Source: Planctomycetota bacterium (lineage in GTDB: Bacteria; Planctomycetota; UBA8108; SXIK01). Taken from it: 64,000 nt of DNA. Every line of letters starts with the position of its first letter. Within the stretch, counting starts at the first letter, position 1. The notes under the pieces were generated by a model, which had not been told where the DNA came from, did no database searches, and worked only from the letters and a program-made list of their open reading frames with translations. A program made the translations under genes and the position numbers. This document shows positions 8,525 to 18,467 of the stretch, one piece after another. The stretch spans positions 2,240,001 to 2,304,000 of the forward strand of contig CBDCXR010000004.1 of NCBI GenBank assembly GCA_965223845.1, written 5' to 3'.

Positions 8525-11338
8525 TCAATCCACAAAGACAAACTCGTTCGCGAACAGCAGAACGCGTCCAAGGCGCTCCCACGCGGTGCTCTCGTCGCCC
8601 GCAACGGAATCGATGAAGGCTAACGCCAAGCCGAGCTCGTCGGCCGTCGGCTCGCGTGAGTAAGCAAGACGGTAGAGATGCGAGACGCGGTGCTCGTCGG
8701 ACGGCAGCGCGTTCAGCTCCTCTCGCCGCGCGGCATGCCGAGCCTGTTCCGCCGCAAAGTCTCCATTCATGAAGTAGAGAGCCTGCTGGGGAACGGTCGT
8801 GACGTGCCGCCCGGGACTCGTCGCGTCCGGGCTCGCGAAGTCGAAGACGCGCAAGACCCCGGGAAGGTTCTGCCGCTCGATGAACGCGTACACCGAGCGC
8901 CTCACCGAGAACGGCTTCCGGAAGACGTCGACGGACGCACCGCCCATCCGAAGGTCGAGCTGCCCCCCGAACGAGAGCAGCGCATCGCGAAGCGGCTCGA
9001 ATTCGAGACGTCGCCTCGTCGCGCGCGAAAGGAGTCGATTCTCGGGGTCGATCGCCGACACGCGCTCCGCGTCCGGATGCACGGACGATTGCTGATAGGA
9101 GGCCGAGAGGAGAATCGTCCGGTGGAGCTCCTTCATCGACCACCCCGACGCGACGAAGCGTCGAGCGAGCCAATCGAGAAGTTCGGGATGCGTCGGCGGA
9201 TCGCTCCGCGTACCGAAGTCGCCGAGTGTCCGCACGAGGCCCTGACCGAAGTGGTGCTTCCAAACGCGATTGACGAACACTCGAGCCGTGAGCGGATTGT
9301 CCGGATTCACGATGGCGCGAGCGAGCTCGAGCCGGCCGCTCCCGTCGACGAACGGCGGCCGCGAATCGGGCGGCGACAGAGCCGCGAGGAAGCGCCGCGG
9401 CACCACGTCTCCCGGCCGGCGCGGGTTCCCGCGAAGAAAGACCCGCGGCTCCGCCACGTCCGCGCGATCCACGAGAACCATGGCGCGCGCGGGCGCCGCG
9501 GGCGAAGTCGCACGAAAGGTATCGATCGCCTTGCGCAGCTCGCGCTGGCGCCCGCGAGTCGCGCGATCGAGGTAGCGCCGGAGTTGATCGTTCGGAATCG
9601 CCGTCGGCGACCCGTCGGCGAAGAGAAGGGCTCGGAGCTCGGCGAGCGCGGCGGCTGAGCGATCGTCGCTCGATTCTCCCGTCGCGCTGGCGCCGTCCTC
9701 CGCGAGCCTCCGAAAGAGAGCCGTATAGATCGCCGCGAGCGCTTCCCGCGATTCCGGAAGGCGGGCGCGGAGTGCAGCCCTCAGCGCGGCGTTGAGGGGC
9801 GCCGAGCTGAGCTCGATCCTCTGCCGAATTCGCTGGGAAACCACCTCACCGCTGCTCGCCGCGGCTTCGATCCAGAGGCCAAACACGGGGTGGGAGGAGT
9901 TCAAACGCCGGAGGTAGTCGCGCCATCGGGCAACGGCGATCGGCTTCAGGTCGCCCTTTCCGAGCGACTGCGAGCCGACCGAGTCGTCGGGGGACGACGC
10001 GGCGAGCAGGTAGCGTCCCACCTCCGACCGGAGAGTCCGTTCGACATCCGCGCGCGCCTTCTTCGTGAACTCTTCGAGCTGTCGCTCGCGCTTCGCGAGC
10101 TCCGCGCGGAACCTCTCGTACTCCTCGGTCGGCTCCGGCTCGGCGATGAGCGGGAGCTCGCCCGGCTCGAGCGAGTTTTGGAATACGCCGTACAGCGAGT
10201 AGTAGTCCTCCATCGGGATCGGGTCGTATTTGTGGTCGTGACAGCGTGCGCATTGAACGGTGAGCGCCATCGTGCCGCGCGTCACGACATCGATCCGATC
10301 GTCGATGATGTCGTGCTGATTGTTGAGAAAGCGCCGCCCGAGCGTGAGAAATCCCATCGCGGCGAGCATCCCTCGATCAGACTCCGCCAGATCGAGCCGG
10401 TCGCCCGCGATCTGCGCGAGGAGGAAGCGATCGTAGGGGAGGTCGTCGTTGAACGCGCCGATCACCCAGTCGCGATAGGTGTAGGAAAACGGAAAACGCC
10501 GCTCCGCCGTGAAGACGTATCCCTTGGTGTCCGCGTAGCGCGCGATGTCAAGCCAGTGCCGCCCCCAGCGTTCGCCGTAGCGCGGAGACGCGAGGAAGCG
10601 ATCGACGAGCCGGGCCCAGGCTCCGTTCCGTGTGTCCGCGAGGAAACGATGCACATCGCCCGGATCGGGTGGGAGTCCGTGAAGGTCGAAGCTGAGGCGT
10701 CGGATGAGCGTGCGCCGGTCGGCGGGAGGCGCAGGCGCGAGCTGCGAGTCTTCGAGCCGTCGAAGCACGAACCGATCGAGCTCGTTCCTCGGCCAGTCGC
10801 CTCTCTTCACCGCGGGAGGGCGCGGCTCCCCCACCGGCTGAAACGCCCAGTGGCGCGCCGTGGCGCCCGCGGCGTTCGCGTCGGCACTCACCGAGCGGGG
10901 CCACGGCGCACCGCGCCGCACCCACTCGACGATCGCTGCGATGTCGCGATCCGGGAGCCGCTCCTTCGGAGGCATGCGAATCTCGCCGCGGTGGCGAATC
11001 GCCCGAACGAGGCGACTCTCCTCCGGGCGGCCGGGCACGACGACCGGGTCGCCGCTTCTTCCCCGCAGCAGACCCTCCCGCGAATCGAGTCGGAGTCCCG
11101 CCTTCGGCTCCGTGGCGCCGTGACAGCGGGCGCAGTTCTCGGCGAGCACGGGACGAACTCGCTTCTCGAAAAACTCCTCGTCCTCCGGCGACGGGACGAG
11201 TTCGCCGGCACGACGCTCCTCACCCGGGACGGGAGGCGCGGCGTATCCGGCCAGAAGCAGCACGATCACCCAGCGAGAGCGTGAGCGCTGCACCGCCGGC
11301 GAACCGCCGATCGAGCTGAAGAATTGGAGTCGAACCAT
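8525..11338 (-). CDS. planctomycete cytochrome c domain protein (PSCyt1-PSCyt2/DUF1549-PSD1/DUF1553)
   Basis: Two CARCH heme motifs, HWAFQP, YGERWGRHWLDIARYADT, NPLTARVFVNRVWKHHFG and PTHPELLDWLA. Adjacent to the DUF1501 gene. Start uncertain (11338 or 11293). Confidence 0.9.
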   Translation of the reverse strand: MVRLQFFSSIGGSPAVQRSRSRWVIVLLLAGYAAPPVPGEERRAGELVPSPEDEEFFEKRVRPVLAENCARCHGATEPKAGLRLDSREGLLRGRSGDPVVVPGRPEESRLVRAIRHRGEIRMPPKERLPDRDIAAIVEWVRRGAPWPRSVSADANAAGATARHWAFQPVGEPRPPAVKRGDWPRNELDRFVLRRLEDSQLAPAPPADRRTLIRRLSFDLHGLPPDPGDVHRFLADTRNGAWARLVDRFLASPRYGERWGRHWLDIARYADTKGYVFTAERRFPFSYTYRDWVIGAFNDDLPYDRFLLAQIAGDRLDLAESDRGMLAAMGFLTLGRRFLNNQHDIIDDRIDVVTRGTMALTVQCARCHDHKYDPIPMEDYYSLYGVFQNSLEPGELPLIAEPEPTEEYERFRAELAKRERQLEEFTKKARADVERTLRSEVGRYLLAASSPDDSVGSQSLGKGDLKPIAVARWRDYLRRLNSSHPVFGLWIEAAASSGEVVSQRIRQRIELSSAPLNAALRAALRARLPESREALAAIYTALFRRLAEDGASATGESSDDRSAAALAELRALLFADGSPTAIPNDQLRRYLDRATRGRQRELRKAIDTFRATSPAAPARAMVLVDRADVAEPRVFLRGNPRRPGDVVPRRFLAALSPPDSRPPFVDGSGRLELARAIVNPDNPLTARVFVNRVWKHHFGQGLVRTLGDFGTRSDPPTHPELLDWLARRFVASGWSMKELHRTILLSASYQQSSVHPDAERVSAIDPENRLLSRATRRRLEFEPLRDALLSFGGQLDLRMGGASVDVFRKPFSVRRSVYAFIERQNLPGVLRVFDFASPDATSPGRHVTTVPQQALYFMNGDFAAEQARHAARREELNALPSDEHRVSHLYRLAYSREPTADELGLALAFIDSVAGDESTAWERLGRVLLFANEFVFVD

Positions 11339-11366
11339 CGAACGCGCCCGTACGACAGGAAGCCGA

Positions 11367-12656
11367 TTACACCTGCGGAACCATACCCTCACGATACTCG
11401 CGCGTCCAAAGCGCGTCTGCCGCAGGCACACCGACGATGCGACGCTTCTCGGGATCGATCTCGAGAGTTCGGTTCAGACGATAGGCGATGTTCCCGAGAT
11501 GGCAGAGAAGCGTGCTCCGTTGTCCTTCCTCGATCTCGGCGCTCGGGCGATTCGTCTCGCCGCGGATCGCGCGGGCGAAGTCGGCGATGTGGTTGACATC
11601 GTCGCGCCGCGGCGTCCCCGTCTCGACGACCTTGCCGTCGAGGTCGCGGATCTCGTAGCCCGGATCCGTGATGGCGAGCTGCCCGCCGTCCCCGTAGAAA
11701 GCGACGAACGGAAGCTTGTCGGCGCTCCGGCGATGACAACTGCTTCCCTCCCAGGTCGCGCCCTTCTCGCCGAAGTCGAACTGCGCGACGCCCGTGTCCG
11801 GAGTTTCCTGGTCGTCGTCGAATCGGTAGCGGCCGCCGAGGTAGGACACGCGACGCGGACAGTCGACACCGAGCCCCCAGCGTGCGATGTCGAGCGCGTG
11901 GATTCCGTTGTTCGCGAGCTCGCCGCCGCCCCAGTGCCAGTGCCAATGCCAGTTGTAGTGAACGAGGTTGTCCTTGAACGGGCGATCCGGCGCCGGACCT
12001 TGCCAGAGCTCGAAGTCGAGCGACTTCGGGATCTCCGCCGGCTTACCGCGGCCGATCGAACCGCGACGATTGGCGTACCAGCAGCGCGCGTAGCGGACTT
12101 CGCCGATCGCGCCCGCGCGAAGCTTCTCGATCGCTTCGATCACGCTCGGCCAGCTCCTCCGCTGCGTTCCGAGCTGAACGACGCGCCGGTGCTTCCGGGC
12201 CGCAGCGACCATCCACTCACCCTCCTGCGGATTGTGACTCCCCGGCTTCTCGACGTACACGTGCTTCCCGGCCGAGACCGCGAGGATCGTCGCCGGCGCG
12301 TGCCAGTGATTACACGTCGCGACGAACAGGGCGTCGACCGACGGGTCATCGAGCACGCGTCGAACATCGCGCGCGCGCTCCGGCTTGGCACCGAGTCGGT
12401 CTTTCGCAATCGTGGCTACGGCGCGGTCGATTCTCGCCTCGTCCACGTCGCAGACGTGCGAGACGTCGAAGACCGAGCCGCGCGCGTTCGTCCGGATCAG
12501 TCCGAGACCGCGGCCGAGACCCATCACCGCTGCTCGCATGCGTTCGTTGGCACCGAGCGCTCCGAGAGAGATGGACGGGGCGGCACCGAGTCCGGCCCCG
12601 AGAATCGCGCTTCGCGCGAGAAAGCGTCGGCGAGGAATCGAGCGATCGGGTTTCAT
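11367..12656 (-). CDS. Tat-exported Gfo/Idh/MocA oxidoreductase
   Basis: PRRRFL Tat signal, ATCNHWH, GKHVYVEKP, QLGTQRRS, WQGPAP and NNGIHALD. Start re-picked to ATG 12656. Confidence 0.88.
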   Translation of the reverse strand: MKPDRSIPRRRFLARSAILGAGLGAAPSISLGALGANERMRAAVMGLGRGLGLIRTNARGSVFDVSHVCDVDEARIDRAVATIAKDRLGAKPERARDVRRVLDDPSVDALFVATCNHWHAPATILAVSAGKHVYVEKPGSHNPQEGEWMVAAARKHRRVVQLGTQRRSWPSVIEAIEKLRAGAIGEVRYARCWYANRRGSIGRGKPAEIPKSLDFELWQGPAPDRPFKDNLVHYNWHWHWHWGGGELANNGIHALDIARWGLGVDCPRRVSYLGGRYRFDDDQETPDTGVAQFDFGEKGATWEGSSCHRRSADKLPFVAFYGDGGQLAITDPGYEIRDLDGKVVETGTPRRDDVNHIADFARAIRGETNRPSAEIEEGQRSTLLCHLGNIAYRLNRTLEIDPEKRRIVGVPAADALWTREYREGMVPQV

Positions 12657-12899
12657 GGCGCCTCCGAGAGCCGGGGTTCCTCGCCAGATCCGGGGAGCGC
12701 GGCGGTGAATCGGGAACCGAGAGAGAGGAGGCGCCGTGCTCACCGGGGTGAATCCCGGCAGCGTGAGGATCCGGGTGGCGACCCAGCCGATGCTCAGTTC
12801 TCGACGTTCTCTGGCGCGCTCGATCAAGCCAGGAATTCGGGATTAGCTTCGCGACACTAGGAGCGGCTCATTGTAACCGCGAGCCGGTCCCGGTTCCCG

Positions 12900-14063
12900 C
12901 TATTCGAACGCTTCGAGGCCCGTGATATCCGCCCCGATGATGAGCGCGTGGATGTCGTGTGTTCCTTCGTAGGTCTTGACCGACTCGAGGTTCGCCATAT
13001 GACGCCCGCACTGGTACTCGTACGTGATGCCGTTCGCACCGAGGATGTCCCGCGTCGTGCGCGCGACGTCGAGAGCCATCGCTACGTTGTTCCGCTTCGC
13101 GAGAGAGATCATCTGGTGACGGACGCGCCCCTCGTCCTTCAACTTCGCGAGGCGGAACGCGAGCAGCTGCGCCTTCGTGATTTCGCTCAGCATGTCGACG
13201 AGCTTGGCCTGGACGAGCTGGTACCCGGCGATCGGCCGCGAGAACTGGATGCGCTGCTGGGCGTACTCGAGCGCCTCGGTGTAGCACGCCATCGCCGCAC
13301 CGATCGCCCCCCAAGCGATGCCGCTTCGCGCCTGATTGAGACACTCGAGCGCCGCGCGCAATCCTTCCGCATGCGGGAGGCGCGCCGTCTCCGGGACGCG
13401 GCAGTCGTCTAGCACGAGCTCGGAGGTCACCGAGGCGCGAAGGCTCCACTTGTGCTTCTGCACCGTCGCTGCAAAGCCGGGCGTTCCCTTCTCGACGAGG
13501 AACCCGGCGATGCGGTCGTCGCATCTGGCCCAGACGACCGCCAGGTCGGCGATCGCCCCGTTCGTGATCCACATCTTCGTGCCGCTGAGCGAGTACTCAC
13601 CGCCGAGCCGCTCCGCACGCGTCCGCATGCCTGCAGGATTCGAACCGAAATCGGGTTCGGTGAGGCCGAAGCAGCCGATGCACTCGCCGCGCGCCATCGC
13701 CGGGAGCCACCGAGTCTTCTGCTCCTCGGAGCCGAAGGCGGCGATCGCGTGCATCGCGAGCGATCCCTGCACGCTCACGAAGCTGCGGAGCGCTGAGTCG
13801 CCGCGCTCGAGTTCCTGAAGAGCGAGCCCGTACGCGACCGATCCCACTCCGGCGCAGCCGTAGCCATCGATGTGCGCCCCGAGCACTCCCAGCGCGGCGA
13901 GCTCGGGAACGAGCTCCGCCGGGAAGCGGCCTTCCTCGCACCACTCGGCCGCGTGCGGAAGCACACGCGCATCGACGAAGTCGCGCACGGTCTGGCGAAC
14001 GAGGCGCTCGTCGGACGTCAGCTCGGCGTCGAGCGCGAAGTAGTCGGGAGGAACGAACGGCAT
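12900..14063 (-). CDS. acyl-CoA dehydrogenase, glutaryl-CoA dehydrogenase-like
   Basis: ELERGDS, FVSVQGSL, GCFGLTEPDFGSNP, GTKMWITNG, SLRASVT and NLESVKTYEGTHDIH. Confidence 0.85.
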   Translation of the reverse strand: MPFVPPDYFALDAELTSDERLVRQTVRDFVDARVLPHAAEWCEEGRFPAELVPELAALGVLGAHIDGYGCAGVGSVAYGLALQELERGDSALRSFVSVQGSLAMHAIAAFGSEEQKTRWLPAMARGECIGCFGLTEPDFGSNPAGMRTRAERLGGEYSLSGTKMWITNGAIADLAVVWARCDDRIAGFLVEKGTPGFAATVQKHKWSLRASVTSELVLDDCRVPETARLPHAEGLRAALECLNQARSGIAWGAIGAAMACYTEALEYAQQRIQFSRPIAGYQLVQAKLVDMLSEITKAQLLAFRLAKLKDEGRVRHQMISLAKRNNVAMALDVARTTRDILGANGITYEYQCGRHMANLESVKTYEGTHDIHALIIGADITGLEAFE

Positions 14064-14190
14064 GATCGCCCTCGACGCGCTCAGGAGGCTAGCCCGAAAT
14101 CTCTCACCAGAACCAGCGAGCGCCGCGCCCCCGGCGGTGGCGTAGCAGACTCTGGCGAGGAATCCGAGATAGAGCGGGAGGCAGAAAAAA

Positions 14191-14265
14191 TGACCCCAAG
14201 GGGATTTGAACCCCTGTTACCGGGATGAAAACCCGATGTCCTAGGCCAAACTAGACGATGGGGCC
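14191..14265 (-). tRNA. tRNA-Glu(TTC)
   Basis: GGCCCCATCGTCTAG...TCGGG-TTTTCAT-CCCGG...GGTTCAAATCC...TGGGGTCA folds as a cloverleaf; CCA not encoded. Confidence 0.95.
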
Positions 14266-14368
14266 AAACAGCGCGCTCGACGCACTTCGATCGAGTCCGC
14301 GGCCGGGGCTCCGGTCTCCGTCGTCGCATCGATCGGATCCGGGCGCGGTCCGGAGAGGCCGAGTTTCG

Positions 14369-14441
14369 TGAGAGCTGCAGGGCTCGAACCTGCGACCCAC
14401 GCCTTAAAAGGGCGTTGCTCTACCAACTGAGCTAAGCTCCC
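14369..14441 (-). tRNA. tRNA-Lys(TTT)
   Basis: GGGAGCTTAGCTCAGTTGGTAGAGC-ACGCC-CTTTTAA-GGCGT...GGTTCGAGCCC...AGCTCTCA; CCA not encoded. Confidence 0.95.
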
Positions 14442-14490
14442 TCAACACGCCGACCGATCGGTCGGCGGAGAGGCCTCATCGGAGGCGACA

Positions 14491-14518
14491 AATGTACTGA
14501 GCCGCGTCTTTTTGTCCA
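14491..14518 (-). promoter_or_regulatory. sigma70-type promoter for tRNA-Lys/tRNA-Glu
   Basis: TGGACA-N16-TACATT with AT-rich upstream sequence. Confidence 0.5.
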
Positions 14519-14630
14519 CCAAAACCTACGATTTTTAGCGTGCGAGGCGCGCCGGCAAACGACGGTCGTACGAGAATGATCGGCGCGCACGCTACCTCGG
14601 TCTTTGACGCGAAGAACGCCGCCCGCTTCC

Positions 14631-15185
14631 TCAGAAGTTCGTGAGCTCCTCGGTCTTTCCGCCGAGAATCTCGTCGATCTGCTTCTCGTATTTTTTGACG
14701 AGCTCCTGAACGTCGTTCTTCAGCGCCTTGACCTCGTCCTCGGAAGCCGTCTTCCCGAGCTCGTCGGCGCTCTTGTTGGCATCTCGCCGAACGTTTCGCA
14801 CCGAGACCCGGCCCTCCTCCGCGATTTCCTTCGCCTTCGACGCCAGCTGCTGCCGTCGCTCCTGGGAAAGCGGAGGAATCTTCAGACGGACCACCTTGCC
14901 GTCGTTCGTCGGATGGATTCCGACGTCCGACTTCATGATCGCCTTTTCGAGCTCCGAGAGCGCGCTCGGATCGAACGGCTTGATCACGAGCTGATCCGGC
15001 TCGGGCACCGAGATGTTCGCCAGCTGCTTGATCGGCGTCGGACTGCCGTAGTAGTCGACCCGTACGTTCTCGACGAGTCCCGGGCTCGCGCGACCGGTGC
15101 GCATTCCGGCGAACTTCTGCTTGAGCACCGTACACGCCTTGTCCATGCGTTCCTCGGCGTCGAGCAAGATCGTCTCGTAGTCCAT
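14631..15185 (-). CDS. frr: ribosome recycling factor
   Basis: MDYETILLDAEERM..RTGRASP..VDYYGSPTP..IPPLSQERR..RNVRRDAN. The track's 440-aa ORF is an upstream over-extension. Confidence 0.96.
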   Translation of the reverse strand: MDYETILLDAEERMDKACTVLKQKFAGMRTGRASPGLVENVRVDYYGSPTPIKQLANISVPEPDQLVIKPFDPSALSELEKAIMKSDVGIHPTNDGKVVRLKIPPLSQERRQQLASKAKEIAEEGRVSVRNVRRDANKSADELGKTASEDEVKALKNDVQELVKKYEKQIDEILGGKTEELTNF

Positions 15186-15286
15186 CCGCTGGCTCTCCCG
15201 GTGGCTGCGCTCCTCTCCGCCGGGGCGCGCAACGATGACCGCGGCTCGAAACGAACACCCCGCGGCGTCGCTCGGTACGGAACCTC

Positions 15287-15997
15287 TCAAGGACCGATCA
15301 AGGTACCGATCGTTTCGCCGGCGAGCAACCGCTCGAGCTGTCCGGGCAGGTCCATGCTGAACACCCGAATCGGCAGCCCGTGGTCCATACACATACTGAT
15401 GGCGGTAGAGTCCATGACGCGCAAGCGTTTTCGTAGCACGTCCGCGTACGAAATCTCGTCGTAGCGTACGGCGTCCGGATGGGAGTCCGGGTCGTCGGAG
15501 TAAACGCCGTCCACCTTGGTCGCCTTCGCGGCGAAGTCGGCTCCGATCTGAAGCGCGCGAAGCGCCGCCGTCGTATCGGTGGTGAAATACGGATTCCCGG
15601 TGCCCCCCGCGAAGATCACGATCTGACCGTCGGCGAGATGAGAGCGCGCGCGGGCGAGGACGAACGGCTCGGCGAGTCCCTCGACGTGGATCGCCGAAAG
15701 CACACGACAGGGAACGTCGATCGAGTCGAAGGTCGCGCGGAGCGCGATCGAGTTCATCACTGTGGCGAGCATCCCGATGTGATCGGCGCTCGCTCGCTCG
15801 ATCGTCTCGTTGGCGAGATCCCCGCCGCGGATGAAGTTGCCGCCACCGAGGATGAGCGCGAGCTCGAGCTCGTCCGGCTGGTACGCGCCCTGAATCCGCC
15901 GAGCAAGATCGAGGACACGCCCGGTGTCGATCCCCGCTCCGCCCGGTGAGCACAGGGACTCTCCGGAGAGCTTGAGCAAGATGCGACGCTTCTTCAT
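15287..15997 (-). CDS. pyrH: UMP kinase
   Basis: RILLKLSGESL, GGGNFIRG, GMLATVMN, GTGNPYFTTDT and ATKVDGVY. Confidence 0.96.
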   Translation of the reverse strand: MKKRRILLKLSGESLCSPGGAGIDTGRVLDLARRIQGAYQPDELELALILGGGNFIRGGDLANETIERASADHIGMLATVMNSIALRATFDSIDVPCRVLSAIHVEGLAEPFVLARARSHLADGQIVIFAGGTGNPYFTTDTTAALRALQIGADFAAKATKVDGVYSDDPDSHPDAVRYDEISYADVLRKRLRVMDSTAISMCMDHGLPIRVFSMDLPGQLERLLAGETIGTLIGP

Positions 15998-16022
15998 TCG
16001 TTCACCGCGAGCGGCGCACCAC

Positions 16023-16970
16023 TCACTTCGCCGCGTCGGAATCGGACGCCGGGGGAGCGTCGGCCGGCTTCGCAGTCGTGCTCTCCGCACCGGCAGCGGG
16101 TGTGGCGGGCGGGGCGGATTCAGCGGCCGGAGCCGTTTCACCGCTCGATTCCGACTTCTTCGCGGCGATCGCGGCCAGCGTCGCCTGCTTGATCTTCTCG
16201 GCCTCGGCCTGCGCCTTTGCGGCCTCTTCCTTCCGCTTGGCTTCCTCCTCGAGGCGCTTCTTCTCCTCGAGCGCTTGGATCTCGACGTACTTGTCGCGCC
16301 CGGCGATGAGCGCGTCGCCGAGGACGCGAAGGATCTGCTGCACCGAGCGGTAGGCGTCGTCGTTTCCCGGGATCACGATGTCGATGTCCGACGGATTGCA
16401 GTCGGTATCGACGAGCGCGACGACCGGTATCCCAAGCTTCTTCGCCTCCTTGCGGGCGATGTGCTCTCGCCGCACGTCGACGATGACGAGACAGCCCGGA
16501 ACGCCCTTCAGGTTCCGGATGCCCTGGAGGTTGCGCGTGATCTTCTTCCGCTCACGCCGGAGGGCGGACACCCGCTTTTTCGAGTACTGCTCGATCGCTC
16601 CGGTCTGCTCGAGCGCCTCGAGCTCCTCGAGTCGCTTGAGGCGAGAACGAATCGTGTGGTAGTTCGTCAGCGTGCCGCCGAGCCACCGCTCGGAGACGTA
16701 GTGCATCCCACAGCGCTCGGCTTCTTCCTGAATGAGGCTCTTCGCCTGACGCTTCGTCCCGACGAAGACGACCTGCTTGCCCTGCTGCGCGATCTGACGG
16801 AGGAAATTCGACGCGCGAATGAGTCCCTTGATGGTCTCGCGAATGTCGACGATGTGGATCTGATTGCGTCGGCCGAAGATGTACGGCGCCATCTTCGGGT
16901 GCCAACGGCTGCAGCGGTGACCAAAGTGGACGCCGGCTTCGATGAGATTCTCGACCTGAACGATCGGCAC
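16023..16970 (-). CDS. rpsB: 30S ribosomal protein S2 with charged and Ala/Pro-rich C-terminal extension
   Basis: LIEAGVHFGH, WHPKMAPYIFG, FVGTKRQA, RWLGGTLTN, VDTDC and PGNDD. GTG start with AAGGAG RBS. Confidence 0.96.
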   Translation of the reverse strand: MPIVQVENLIEAGVHFGHRCSRWHPKMAPYIFGRRNQIHIVDIRETIKGLIRASNFLRQIAQQGKQVVFVGTKRQAKSLIQEEAERCGMHYVSERWLGGTLTNYHTIRSRLKRLEELEALEQTGAIEQYSKKRVSALRRERKKITRNLQGIRNLKGVPGCLVIVDVRREHIARKEAKKLGIPVVALVDTDCNPSDIDIVIPGNDDAYRSVQQILRVLGDALIAGRDKYVEIQALEEKKRLEEEAKRKEEAAKAQAEAEKIKQATLAAIAAKKSESSGETAPAAESAPPATPAAGAESTTAKPADAPPASDSDAAK

Positions 16971-17279
16971 GGAAGGGTCTCCTTCAGCTCGCTCGAGCTC
17001 TCGCACCGCGACCAAACGCGCACCGCGGCTGATCTCCGGTTCGGGGTCGAGCTTCGGTCTAGCGGCCGAAGATCGTCACCGAAGGAGTGCGACCTTGCGT
17101 TCGGAGGAGCCGAAGCCCTCCCGGGTCGAGGTCGCGACAGCGTCAGCGGGCGGAATCGATTCGCGGGTCCTGCGCCGGTTCGAGCCCCCCGGCGACCGTC
17201 GTCGAAACGGGGACGGGGACGCGGGACACGACCGGCTGAAGTGCGCACTCGGGAACGGCACCCGAGCGCCAAGCCCGGC

Positions 17280-17308
17280 AATGTATCCGCTCGGGAAAAC
17301 CCTGTCAA
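17280..17308 (-). promoter_or_regulatory. sigma70 promoter of the rpsB-pyrH-frr operon
   Basis: TTGACA-N17-TACATT with a GC-rich discriminator, about 300 nt upstream of rpsB. Confidence 0.75.
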
Positions 17309-17393
17309 CGCGCGCCGGGTCCGCGCGAGATCGCGCTTCGGCCACGAGCTCGGACGCGGCGCGGCGACGGCGCGACCGCCCCTCGAAAGGGAC

Positions 17394-18467
17394 TCAGTCC
17401 GTGACCCCGGCGCGTCTCTCGCGGAGGCGGGCGTGGTTCTCGTGGATGAGGTCTTGGATCCGAATCGCGACGTCCATCGCTTGGTACCCGTCCTCGCCCG
17501 TCACCTCTGGGACGCGACCCGTCCGCACCGCGAGGATGAACGCTTCGAGCTCCGCCCGGAGCGGCTCGTCATTCGAGATGCTGAGCTGCTCGATATCGAA
17601 GTACTGCGTGAACAGAGGATAGGGTCCCTGAGCCGCCTCGAGCGATGCCATCTTCTGAAAATCGATCTCGCTGCTTTTGAAACCGTCCTTGAGCGCGATC
17701 CGCATGCCGGACTTGGCGACGAAATCGAGCGAGATGTAGGCGTCCGTGCAGAAGATACGCATCTTGCGATTCTTTTGGATCGCGACGCGGCTCGACTTGA
17801 CGACCGCCGTACAGCCGTTCGAGAACGTGAGGCGCGCGTAGGAGAGGTCCTCGGTTTCCGAGAGCACCCGCGTTCCCACGGCGTCGAGGTGCTCGACCGG
17901 CACGCCGACGATGTTGAGCACGTTGTCGATGTCGTGAATCATGAGATCGAGAACGACGCTCGTCTCGACCGATCGAAAGCTGAAGGGGTGGATGCGGTCG
18001 CACTCGATGAAGACGGGGTTCTGGATGTACTCGTACGCGGCGAGCACGACGGGGTTGAATCGTTCGATGTGCCCGACCTGGAGCGTGACGCCGGTGTCGC
18101 GGCAAAGGTCGAGGAGACGCCTCCCCTCGTCGAGCGTCGACGTCATCGGCTTCTCGACGAGCACGGAGACGCCTTCCTTCATGAGGCGCGACGCCACCTC
18201 GTAGTGCGACGGCGTCGGCGTCACGACGCTCGCCGCGTGGACGTTCTCGAGCAGGTCGTCGGAGAGATCACAGTAGAACGGTACGCCGAGGCGCCGTCCG
18301 ACCTCTTCGGCCTGCTGCTGATTCGTGTCCACGACGCCGACGAGCTCGACGCCTTCGAGCTCGCTGTACACTCGGGCGTGCTGACGGCCGAGATGCCCCA
18401 CGCCGATGACGAGCGCGCGAATCGGCTCGAAGTTCTGTGGTCGCCGGACGACCGACATGCTGCTCAC
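17394..18467 (-). CDS. Gfo/Idh/MocA oxidoreductase, GnnA-like (putative UDP-GlcNAc 3-dehydrogenase)
   Basis: VIGVGHLG, VLVEKP, QVGHIERFNP and VVLDLMIHDID; directly downstream of lpxA. Confidence 0.8.
   Translation of the reverse strand: MSSMSVVRRPQNFEPIRALVIGVGHLGRQHARVYSELEGVELVGVVDTNQQQAEEVGRRLGVPFYCDLSDDLLENVHAASVVTPTPSHYEVASRLMKEGVSVLVEKPMTSTLDEGRRLLDLCRDTGVTLQVGHIERFNPVVLAAYEYIQNPVFIECDRIHPFSFRSVETSVVLDLMIHDIDNVLNIVGVPVEHLDAVGTRVLSETEDLSYARLTFSNGCTAVVKSSRVAIQKNRKMRIFCTDAYISLDFVAKSGMRIALKDGFKSSEIDFQKMASLEAAQGPYPLFTQYFDIEQLSISNDEPLRAELEAFILAVRTGRVPEVTGEDGYQAMDVAIRIQDLIHENHARLRERRAGVTD

Noticed and set aside
14631-15953. 440-aa ORF suggesting an N-terminally extended RRF
   Set aside because: The extension is an out-of-frame overlap with pyrH; RRF homology begins at ATG 15185.
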